A DNA stretch of 16,581 bases, from NCBI GenBank assembly GCA_038321865.1, contig JBBQFH010000043.1:1-16581 (forward strand), in the 5' to 3' direction. Positions 8,216-15,412 of this stretch are shown here, one piece after another (position 1 is the stretch's first letter; each line of letters begins with the position of its first letter). The notes below the pieces were generated by a model, which was not told the origin of the DNA, did not search any database, and saw only the letters and a program-made list of their open reading frames with translations. Position numbers and translations under genes: made by a program. This stretch comes from Gemmatimonadales bacterium. GTDB taxonomy: Bacteria > Gemmatimonadota > Gemmatimonadetes > Gemmatimonadales > GWC2-71-9.

Positions 8216-9174
8216 CGCGGCGCCTCGATCCGGTCGAGCAGGGCGTCGAGCGCCGCATCCGCCGTGACCCCTTCCAGCTCGAGCTCCGGCGCCACCGCGA
8301 CACGATGCCGCAGCACGGCGGGCGCCAGCGCCTTCACGTCGTCGGGAATGACGAAGCCCCGCCCGTCCATCAGCGCCGAGGCCTGTGCCGCCTTCAGCAG
8401 CGCGATGCTGGCACGGGGTGACGCACCCAGCGTCAGTGCCGGGGCACCGCGCGTCGCCCGGACGATCGTGGTGATGTAGCTGATGAGCGTGGGCTCCACG
8501 CGTACGCTCCGCACCGCGGTCCGAAGCCGCGCGAGGCCGTCCGCATCCAGCACCGACGTCACCCCGTAGCTGGCCGGGCTGTCGGCCTCGAAGCCGTCGA
8601 GCACGCGCGCGAGGATTCCCTGCTCCGTGTCCTCCGCCGGATAATCCACGAGCACCTTGACGAAGAATCGGTCCAGTTCCGCTTCAGGCAGCGGATAGGT
8701 TCCCTCGAACTCGATCGGGTTCTGGGTCGCGAAGACGGTGAAGCTCTCGGGCAGGGCGTGGGAGGTGCCGTCCACCGTCGCACTTCGCTCCTGCATCGCT
8801 TCCAGCAAAGCGGCCTGGGTTTTCGCCGGCGCGCGATTGATTTCGTCGCCAAGCACGAGATCGCCGAAGATGGGACCGGGCCGGAAGGTGAACTGCCCCT
8901 GGGCACCGAGCACGCTGACGCCGGTGATATCCGACGGCATGAGATCGGGGGTGAACTGGATGCGGCGGAACTCGAGGCCGAGGGCGAGACTGAGCGTCCG
9001 GACCAGCAGGGTCTTGGCGGTGCCCGGCACGCCTTCGAGCAGGACGTGGCCGCGGGCGATGAGCGCGGTCAGCACGTCGCGCACGGCGGCATCCTGCCCC
9101 AGGACCACGCCGCGAAGCTGGTCCGCGACCGCGCCGATCGTGCGGGCGTGGGCCTGCGCTTGGTCGGCGGTCAT
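8212..9174 (-). CDS. moxR: MoxR family AAA+ ATPase, 320 aa
   Basis: Motifs: GHVLLEGVPGTAKT (Walker A), RIQFTPDLMPSDITG, LGDEINRAPAKTQAALLEAMQE (Walker B), ATQNPIEFEGTYPLPEAELDRF, GASPR. The real start is ATG 9174 (MTADQAQ...), overlapping the upstream stop (ATGA). The track's extension to 9930 is spurious. Confidence 0.96.
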   Translation of the reverse strand: MTADQAQAHARTIGAVADQLRGVVLGQDAAVRDVLTALIARGHVLLEGVPGTAKTLLVRTLSLALGLEFRRIQFTPDLMPSDITGVSVLGAQGQFTFRPGPIFGDLVLGDEINRAPAKTQAALLEAMQERSATVDGTSHALPESFTVFATQNPIEFEGTYPLPEAELDRFFVKVLVDYPAEDTEQGILARVLDGFEADSPASYGVTSVLDADGLARLRTAVRSVRVEPTLISYITTIVRATRGAPALTLGASPRASIALLKAAQASALMDGRGFVIPDDVKALAPAVLRHRVAVAPELELEGVTADAALDALLDRIEAPR

Positions 9175-10379
9175 CGCGGCTTCAGTTCGTCCCACACGGC
9201 CTCCACGGCATCGGCGGCGCGCAGCACGGCGCCAGCCGGCTGCGAACCATGGGTGAGTGAGCGAAGCGTCACCACGGCGGACCGGGCCCGCGGCGTCCGG
9301 ACGTTGGCGGCAAGCCCGTCGAGCCAGGGTGCGATCGGCGAGCGGGATACAGCAGCGTCTCCCCGGGCCAGCCGACGCCGGAGTCCCTGGACCTGCATGG
9401 CGATGGCGACGTCGTGCCCCCGCGCGGCCGCGAGCGCCGTCGCCAGCGCGCGGACGTGTTCCAGCGGCGAGCGGCGCCGGCGCTCGATGACGTGGCGTGC
9501 CGGGCCGAAGCGCACCGCCCCGGCCGCCAGCGCGAGCAGCCCGACAATGGCGAGCTGCCATGCGGCCCATCCCCACGGCGACCGCGCGCTCCACGCCACC
9601 AGGGCGCCCGCCAGGCTGCCGGACGGTCCGAACCCGTGATGGTACTCGTCGAACACGACGCGCCGGTACCGGCCGATGATCAGGCCCAGCACCACCTCCC
9701 CCGCGCTGGTGCGGCGGAGCGCACGGTTCGAGAGCAGGGCGCCGTCGGCGACCAGCACCGCCGTCCCGCCGCCCGCGCTCCGCACCCGGAGCGCGACCGG
9801 CTGGCCCGCACTGGACACGAGCAGCGTGTCGGTGCTCGTGACCGCGACGGTGCACGCCGCCGCCCGCCGTATGCCGGCGCTGTCGGCGGCAGCGGAGTCC
9901 GGCAGCGGCTCGAACGCAGCCAGCGCCCACGGCGCATGCGAATCGGCCGGTGCGCCCGGCGGCGCGATGCGCGACGAATCACGCAGCCAGGCGGCGTGCA
10001 GCGCGAAGCATCCGAACGCGAGATCGCTCTCAACGCCCGCGAGCAGCAGATCGCCGCCACCCGCGACCCGGCGAGCGAGCTGACGCGCATCGTAGCCGGT
10101 GAGCGGGAGTCTGGCTGGCGAGAGGACCAGCAGCAGCGCCCCGCGGTCCGGGGATGACGGCACGGCCGCATCCAGGCGGCGGCGGAGGTGTCCCACCTCG
10201 ACATGCAGGCGCCCCAGCGCGTCAGCCAGGCCGCGTGCGCCCTCCGGCCCCGTGAGGAACGAAGATCGGCGCGCATCCGTATCCTGCGGGCGCTGCTTCC
10301 GGGAGCCGATGAGCAGCACAACGGTCGAGAGGACAACGAGCGCGGCCGTCGCGAGGCCGACCTCAGTTCGCGGCCGCAT
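9171..10379 (-). CDS. DUF4350-type membrane-anchored protein, 402 aa
   Basis: N-terminal TM segment, SSFLTGPEGARGL, ALLSNRAL, VVFDEYHHGF, a second TM segment followed by VRFGP...RRSPLEHVRALA. Sits in the canonical position directly upstream of MoxR. Confidence 0.8.
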   Translation of the reverse strand: MRPRTEVGLATAALVVLSTVVLLIGSRKQRPQDTDARRSSFLTGPEGARGLADALGRLHVEVGHLRRRLDAAVPSSPDRGALLLVLSPARLPLTGYDARQLARRVAGGGDLLLAGVESDLAFGCFALHAAWLRDSSRIAPPGAPADSHAPWALAAFEPLPDSAAADSAGIRRAAACTVAVTSTDTLLVSSAGQPVALRVRSAGGGTAVLVADGALLSNRALRRTSAGEVVLGLIIGRYRRVVFDEYHHGFGPSGSLAGALVAWSARSPWGWAAWQLAIVGLLALAAGAVRFGPARHVIERRRRSPLEHVRALATALAAARGHDVAIAMQVQGLRRRLARGDAAVSRSPIAPWLDGLAANVRTPRARSAVVTLRSLTHGSQPAGAVLRAADAVEAVWDELKPR

Positions 10380-10965
10380 GCCACGATCCCCCGAGAGCGG
10401 CGCGCCAGCTGCGGTACTCCTCCGGCGGGCAAGCTGCCCCGCCGAACGCCACGGCGTAGAGCGCGTTCACCAGGGTCCGCAGCGCATCCCGTTCGTCCGG
10501 CGCGAGCCGCGCCTCGCGGACATAGTCGGCCGGCGTCTTGCTCGGATGAAAGCGCAGAATCTCGCGCCGGTCCAGCTCGAGCGCTCCCCCGACGAATGCC
10601 ACCCTCATCGCCTCGCCGTACCGGCCGGCGGCGGCAAGCTGATCCGCTTCGCGGAAATATCCCGCCGCCGTGCGGCGCGGCGCGGCCGGAGTCACTGCCG
10701 GCTCTCCGCGGGCCGCGGCGCGGCGAGCCGTGATCAGCGCGACAAGGATTCCGTGGAGGAGAAGCGCGGACAGAATCACGGCCAGCGAGATGATGAATGC
10801 CCGGAACGCCGTCGGGTGACCCGACTGCAGCTGCTCGAGCCAGCGGCGGACCACCTCCCACCAGTGACGCAGCAGCGCCGGGCCCCGCGGGACGTCCACC
10901 CAGTCGTACGCGGGTGCCCGAAACACCGTGTCGAGGGCCGCGCGGAGCGAATCGGCGGGAATCAA
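10363..10965 (-). CDS. DUF4129-type membrane protein, ~200 aa
   Basis: One TM segment (FIISLAVILSALLLHGILVALI), then ADQLAAAGRYGEAMR, FHPSKTPADY and LYAVAFGG. TTG start inferred at 10965 from the TTGA overlap with the upstream stop. The track's extension to 11727 is spurious. Confidence 0.78.
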   Translation of the reverse strand: MIPADSLRAALDTVFRAPAYDWVDVPRGPALLRHWWEVVRRWLEQLQSGHPTAFRAFIISLAVILSALLLHGILVALITARRAAARGEPAVTPAAPRRTAAGYFREADQLAAAGRYGEAMRVAFVGGALELDRREILRFHPSKTPADYVREARLAPDERDALRTLVNALYAVAFGGAACPPEEYRSWRAALGGSWHAAAN

Positions 10966-11831
10966 GCTGGCTGCAGCGCCGCGGAGAGCATCTCGAGGTC
11001 GAACCCTTCCTTCCGGACGCGGAGATCGTAGTACAGCAGCGTGATCAGGCAGTAGAGCACCGGCGTGATCAGGAGGCGGCCCACCAGACTCGCCGCCGTG
11101 ATCCAGAGCGCCAGCGATGTCGGCGTGGCCGCACCGCCGCCTTGTGAGAACACCGCCGCGAGCGCGCCGATCGCCATGTACGGAAGCATGATCAGCACGA
11201 TGGCGACCAGCAGCAGCCCGGCGATCCGCAGCCGGAATCCTTTGGTCAGAAACCATGCGCGCGCGAGGGCCTCGGTCGCCGTGAGCCGGTCCTCGAGCAC
11301 CACGGCCGGCGTGGCGACCGAGATCCCCGATCCGACCAGGAGCGGCAGCACCAGGAACCCGATGCCGGCGATCATCATCACGGCGGCGAATCCCACTCCG
11401 GCACCCGAGCCACCGCCGGCCCGCGCGGCCATGGTGTAGGTCGCGCCGCCGAACAGCACCAGGAAGGGCAGCGCCGAGACGACGAGCAGCAGTCCGATCA
11501 GAATGGAGAGCAGCAGGAGCGGACCGAGGCGCGGCACGGCCTGCCGGAGGGCCTCCATCGCCGTAAGGGGGCGGTCCAGATACGCTGCGGAGATGGCCTT
11601 CGCCGTCGCGGCACTGGCGAGAGCCGACAGGATGAAGGACAGGAGATACGACAGCCACACGACGGGCGACAACTGGGCCCCCGTCGCCACGACGTAGATA
11701 TTGAGCAGGAACGGCACGCCCATGCACGCCACCTGCAGCATCACCAGCGAGGCGAAGAGTCGGCGGTATATCCCGAACGACAGGTCGAGGACCTCTCCCG
11801 CGGACAGCGGGCGAAGCGCGGGTGCTGCCAT
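10962..11831 (-). CDS. Multi-pass membrane protein of MoxR clusters (often annotated as glycerophosphoryl diester phosphodiesterase membrane-domain-like), 289 aa
   Basis: Starts MAAPALRPLSAGEVLDLSFGIYRR, has several hydrophobic helices, PAVVLEDR...ALARAWFLTKG, and ends LLYYDLRVRKEGFDLE. GAGGAG lies 7 nt upstream of ATG 11831. Confidence 0.85.
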   Translation of the reverse strand: MAAPALRPLSAGEVLDLSFGIYRRLFASLVMLQVACMGVPFLLNIYVVATGAQLSPVVWLSYLLSFILSALASAATAKAISAAYLDRPLTAMEALRQAVPRLGPLLLLSILIGLLLVVSALPFLVLFGGATYTMAARAGGGSGAGVGFAAVMMIAGIGFLVLPLLVGSGISVATPAVVLEDRLTATEALARAWFLTKGFRLRIAGLLLVAIVLIMLPYMAIGALAAVFSQGGGAATPTSLALWITAASLVGRLLITPVLYCLITLLYYDLRVRKEGFDLEMLSAALQPA

Positions 11832-11911
11832 GGTGTGGCTCCTCGGGCGGTGAGAGGCTGGGGTCCGTCGCCCTAACATGCGCCCATGATGCGCGCGGCG
11901 ACAGTCCCCGC

Positions 11912-11939
11912 TTGCGCCGACGACGAGGAGTCGTACAAT
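11912..11939 (+). promoter_or_regulatory. Putative sigma70 promoter for RDD-SpoIIM (probably leaderless transcript)
   Basis: TTGCGC (11912-11917), 16-nt spacer, TACAAT (11934-11939). The predicted +1 coincides with the A of ATG 11946. Confidence 0.55.
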
Positions 11940-11945
11940 CGCTGC

Positions 11946-13727
11946 ATGCCCGTTCCGTCGCCGTCGAGCAGCGCCGATTACCGCCAGCATCTGGAAGTCG
12001 AAACCCCGGAGCATGTCGTGCTCGACTTCGAGATCGCCGGCATCGGATCGCGCGCGCTCGCCGGGCTCATCGACATGTCCATCCTGCTCGGCGCTTACGC
12101 GGCCGCCGGAATCGTGCTGGCGATCCTGTCCCGCTTCGGCCTCCGGCTCGGCTCCTGGGGCTCGGCGCTGCTGCTGTTCACGGGCTTCGTCGCCTGGTAC
12201 GGCTACTTCACCTTTTTCGAAGGGCTGCGTGGCGGCCAGACGCCAGGCAAGCGCGCCACCGGCCTCCGCGTCGTCCGCGATACCGGACATGCCGTGACCC
12301 TGGCCGCGGCCGCAACCAGAAATCTCATCCGCATCGCCGACTTTCTTCCCCCACCCTACCTGTCCGGCATCCTGCTCGTCGCCCTGCACCCGCGGGCCAA
12401 GCGGCTCGGCGACCTGGTGGCGGGCACCGTGGTGGTCCGGGACCGGCCGATGGCCGCCGTGGCGCGACGAGATGGTGTTCGTCCGGACGCGCCGTTCGCG
12501 CCTCCGCTCCTGACCGACGAGGAATATCGGCTGCTCACCCGCTATCGCGAGCGGGCCGCGACCCTCGATGACACAGCACGGGACCGGCTTGGCGCTGGAC
12601 TGCTGGCGCGCTTCATCGCCCATGTACCGGCGACGGTCGCCCCCGATCCGGCGTTCCTCGACCAGCTGCATGCGGAAGAGACCGCCCGCCGCCAGGGCCG
12701 GATGGGGGCGCGGGGCGCGTCGGGTGGCAGCCGGGGCGATCAACTGGCCGCGCGGCAGACGGAGCGGTGGCGCGAGTTCGCCCTGCTCACCGAGCGCGCG
12801 ACGCGCCATGGCCTCGAGAGCCTCGCGCCCGCCGAGCTGCCCGACTTCGCCGCGCGTTACCGCGAGGTCGCGGCTGATCTGGCGCGCGCGCGCACCTACC
12901 GCGCCGATCCGGCACTGGTGGAGCGGGTCGAGCGGCTGGTCGCCGGCGGACACAACGCGCTGTACCGCGACGTTCCGAAGACCTTCGGCGTCGTCTGGCG
13001 GACGATCAGCCGGGAGTTTCCGGGTGCCGTGATTCAGGTGCGCCGCCTGGTGCTGGCGGCGTTCCTCGCCTTCGCCGCGCCCGCGGCCATCGGCTACTCG
13101 ATCCTCCGCGAACGGCCCGCACTGGCCGACGAGCTGGTGCCGCAGGCCATGCTGGATCGCGCCGCCGAGGCGCGCGTCCGAATCGCCGCCGGCCACACCT
13201 ACGGCGAAAGCGCGGCCGGTGATCGCCCCTTCATCGCCTCGGCGATCATCACCAACAACGTGCGGGTCGCCTTCATGTGCTTTGCGGGCGGCGCCTTCGC
13301 CGGCGTGGGCTCGCTCCTGCTGCTGGCCTTCAACGGGCTCGCGCTGGGCACGGCCGCCGGCCACTTCGCCAACGTGGGCGTCCTGGGTTACCTGCTGGAG
13401 TTCATCATCGGGCACGGCGCGCTGGAGCTGTTCGCGGTCTGGCTGGCCGGCGCCGCAGGCCTGCTGCTCGGGCGGGCCATGCTCGCGCCAGGTGACCTCA
13501 GCCGTGGTGACGCGCTGGTGCTGGCCGGCCGGATCGCCGTCCGGCTGATCGGGGCTGCCGTGGTGTGTCTGCTGGTGGCGGGAACCATCGAAGGATTCGT
13601 CTCGACCTCGCCCGGCGGTCTCGGCGTCCGGGTGCTCGCGAGCGCCGCAAGCGTGCTGTTTCTGGTGGGGTACCTGCTCAACGGCTGGCGCGCGGGCCGC
13701 GCGTCCCACGCGTCGGTCAGGCCGTAG
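11946..13727 (+). CDS. RDD domain - SpoIIM (DUF95) domain fusion membrane protein, 593 aa
   Basis: RDD part: VETPEHV, AGIGSRALAGLID, GQTPGKRATGLRVV, RNLIRIADFLP, KRLGDLVAGTVVV. SpoIIM part: YREVAADLARART, IITNNVRVAF, LLAFNG, HGALEL, VAGTIEGFVS. Single uninterrupted frame. Start placed at ATG 11946. Confidence 0.9.
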   Translation: MPVPSPSSSADYRQHLEVETPEHVVLDFEIAGIGSRALAGLIDMSILLGAYAAAGIVLAILSRFGLRLGSWGSALLLFTGFVAWYGYFTFFEGLRGGQTPGKRATGLRVVRDTGHAVTLAAAATRNLIRIADFLPPPYLSGILLVALHPRAKRLGDLVAGTVVVRDRPMAAVARRDGVRPDAPFAPPLLTDEEYRLLTRYRERAATLDDTARDRLGAGLLARFIAHVPATVAPDPAFLDQLHAEETARRQGRMGARGASGGSRGDQLAARQTERWREFALLTERATRHGLESLAPAELPDFAARYREVAADLARARTYRADPALVERVERLVAGGHNALYRDVPKTFGVVWRTISREFPGAVIQVRRLVLAAFLAFAAPAAIGYSILRERPALADELVPQAMLDRAAEARVRIAAGHTYGESAAGDRPFIASAIITNNVRVAFMCFAGGAFAGVGSLLLLAFNGLALGTAAGHFANVGVLGYLLEFIIGHGALELFAVWLAGAAGLLLGRAMLAPGDLSRGDALVLAGRIAVRLIGAAVVCLLVAGTIEGFVSTSPGGLGVRVLASAASVLFLVGYLLNGWRAGRASHASVRP

Positions 13728-13944
13728 ACTCGCGCAGGATGGCCCGCATCCGGATGGCCAGCCCCTCGATCTCACGGAGACTGGCCACCGTATCGGCGTC
13801 GAGGCTGGCTTCGTTCAGGAGAAGCAGCTGCGCCTCGGCGAGCAGCGCCGAGAGCGGATTGGACAGATCGTGACGCAGCTTGCTGACGCGTTCTAGATCG
13901 TTCACGTTCGCCTCGGACGAGGGACCGGTGTGGGCCGCAGGCAT
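13717..13944 (-). CDS. Stand-alone histidine kinase dimerisation/phospho-acceptor (HisKA) miniprotein, 62-75 aa
   Basis: Sequence VSKLRHDLSNPLSALLAEAQLLLLNEASLDADTVASLREIEGLAIRMRAILRE matches an H-box (HDLxNPL) plus a second helix. Start is ATG 13944 or GTG 13905 (GAGG 5 nt upstream of the latter). There is no room for a HATPase domain. Confidence 0.82.
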   Translation of the reverse strand: MPAAHTGPSSEANVNDLERVSKLRHDLSNPLSALLAEAQLLLLNEASLDADTVASLREIEGLAIRMRAILRESTA

Positions 13945-13969
13945 GGCGATCTGGACGGACGATTGGCCC

Positions 13970-13997
13970 AAGATATGATTTCCGCTAGGGCGCGCAA
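13970..13997 (-). promoter_or_regulatory. Possible sigma70-like promoter for the HisKA miniprotein
   Basis: Minus strand TTGCGC (13997-13992), 16-nt spacer, TATCTT (13975-13970), in a locally AT-rich intergenic patch. Confidence 0.4.
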
Positions 13998-14008
13998 TGC
14001 CGTACGGC

Positions 14009-15175
14009 TCAGAGCCGGAACGGCACGGGGACGAATGTGATGATGAAGATCAGGATGCAGAGCCACCCGATCCAGCGCCGGCCCCGCGGGATCGGCCGCT
14101 CGGGTGAGATCACCGACGGGTGCGCCCAGCGTCCGCCGCCGACCATAAGGACCACGATCACCCAGATGTACCAGCTCGGCGCTGAACGGCCCAGCACCAC
14201 GAGCGCGACCAGGGCAAGGAAACCGATCGCCGCCTGCTTGCGGCCGGCCAGGGCGTAGAGCACGTGACCGCCATCGAGCTGGCTGAGCGGAAGGAGGTTG
14301 AGCGCCGTAATGAACGCGCCCACCCACCCCGCGAACGCGGGCAGGCTGAGGTAGAGCGAGACCGCGTCGGGAAAGAAGAGGCGGCGAAGTCCCAGCGTCA
14401 GCAGCGAGTCGCCCAGCGAAATCTGCCGGCCCGCGAAGGTGACGAAGTCACCCGCCGTGTCGGCGCCGAGCGCCTGGGGCTGCGAGGTGTGATAGCCCCA
14501 GAACAGGACGCCGAGGGCCACGATGAAGCCGGCGATCGGCCCCGCCGCGCCGACATCCAGCAGCTGCCGGCGGTCGAGCACCGGCGTGCGCAGCCGCAGA
14601 AACGCGCCGAGCGTTCCGATCGGAGAGAGCGTCGGCGGGAGCGGGAGGAAGAACGGCGGGGATGCGTCGATCGCGTAGCGGCGGGCGGTGATGTAGTGCC
14701 CGAGCTCGTGGACCAGCAATATGGCAATGAGCGGAGCCGCGAAGGGCCAGCCGGGCAGGATGTCCCGCCACGCGCCGTGCGCCAGCTCCTTGAAGAAGTA
14801 ACCCCCGCCGACGACCGCGGCCGCGATGCTTCCGAGGAAGCGGCCCAGCGTGCCCATCAGGGCGGCCGGTCCGTCCGGCGGGTACCACGCCCCGGAAAGC
14901 GCCGCGCCCGCACCGAGGGCGCACACGACGGTGAGGAGAAAGAGGAGCAGGTGGAGCAGCCAGCGCTCGCGCCGCGGAGTGCCGAGCGGCCGGGTGAGCA
15001 CGAGCATCGAGCGGTCGGCATCGGCCCAGTAGTGGGTGCCGGTCCACGACGCGAGCGCGCTCGTGAGCTCGTCCGAGGGGCCCCGGTGGGCGGGGGCAAC
15101 CAGGGCTTCGGTCACCTCACGGGTGCCGAGCCGGATCGTCCGCCAGGCCTCGAACGTCCCGATGAGCTCCGTCAC
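14009..15175 (-). CDS. Site-2 protease (peptidase M50) intramembrane zinc metalloprotease, 388 aa
   Basis: HELGH within a TM helix, PFFLP...IGTLGAF, DVGAAGPIAGF, and LNLLPLSQLDGGH (LDG zinc ligand). No PDZ or CBS domain. GTG start. Confidence 0.93.
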   Translation of the reverse strand: MTELIGTFEAWRTIRLGTREVTEALVAPAHRGPSDELTSALASWTGTHYWADADRSMLVLTRPLGTPRRERWLLHLLLFLLTVVCALGAGAALSGAWYPPDGPAALMGTLGRFLGSIAAAVVGGGYFFKELAHGAWRDILPGWPFAAPLIAILLVHELGHYITARRYAIDASPPFFLPLPPTLSPIGTLGAFLRLRTPVLDRRQLLDVGAAGPIAGFIVALGVLFWGYHTSQPQALGADTAGDFVTFAGRQISLGDSLLTLGLRRLFFPDAVSLYLSLPAFAGWVGAFITALNLLPLSQLDGGHVLYALAGRKQAAIGFLALVALVVLGRSAPSWYIWVIVVLMVGGGRWAHPSVISPERPIPRGRRWIGWLCILIFIITFVPVPFRL

Positions 15176-15183
15176 GGGCGCCC

Positions 15184-15212
15184 TTGACGGCTCAGGAAGC
15201 CGGGTCTAGCTT
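15184..15212 (+). promoter_or_regulatory. Putative sigma70 promoter of rho
   Basis: TTGACG (15184-15189), 17-nt spacer, TAGCTT (15207-15212). Predicted +1 is near 15219. Confidence 0.72.
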
Positions 15213-15218
15213 CCAGTA

Positions 15219-15412
15219 CTTCGAGCACCCTGGCATCAACACCGGCGCGTCTGGCACCCCTCTCCCCGTCATCGCGACTGCTCGCTTCGGACCTTCGGGT
15301 CCTGCCACATACATCAACGCATTCATCATCCGACCTTACCCGGTATTGCACTCTCACACACCCCCCGTGCCCGCCAGTTACCGGTCGGGCCACCATGCCT
15401 GGAGTTTCGGCC
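15219..15412 (+). promoter_or_regulatory. rho 5' leader with C-rich/G-poor rut-like tract and a cUUCGg hairpin (autoregulatory attenuator candidate)
   Basis: Hand count for 15303-15366 gives 28 C versus 6 G in 64 nt. Perfect hairpin GGACC-TTCG-GGTCC at 15289-15302. Confidence 0.65.

Noticed and set aside
9010..9036. MoxR Walker A reading GVPGTAKT instead of GxxGxGKT, as a sign of an inactive ATPase
   Set aside because: AKT variants are common in MoxR-family proteins, and the Walker B, sensor and arginine-finger motifs are intact.
9175..9930. N-terminal extension of MoxR (572-aa ORF)
   Set aside because: It overlaps DUF4350 in another frame and is low-complexity and Arg-rich. The ATGA overlap supports a start at 9174.
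10966..11727. N-terminal extension of the DUF4129 ORF (454 aa)
   Set aside because: Out-of-frame overlap with the membrane-protein gene and no protein-like features, a high-GC artefact.
11832..13775. 937-aa minus-strand ORF (10962..13775) as one giant protein
   Set aside because: The first ~650 aa are the antisense shadow of RDD-SpoIIM (Arg/Gly/Ala-rich, no motifs). The real gene starts at 11831 with its own SD.
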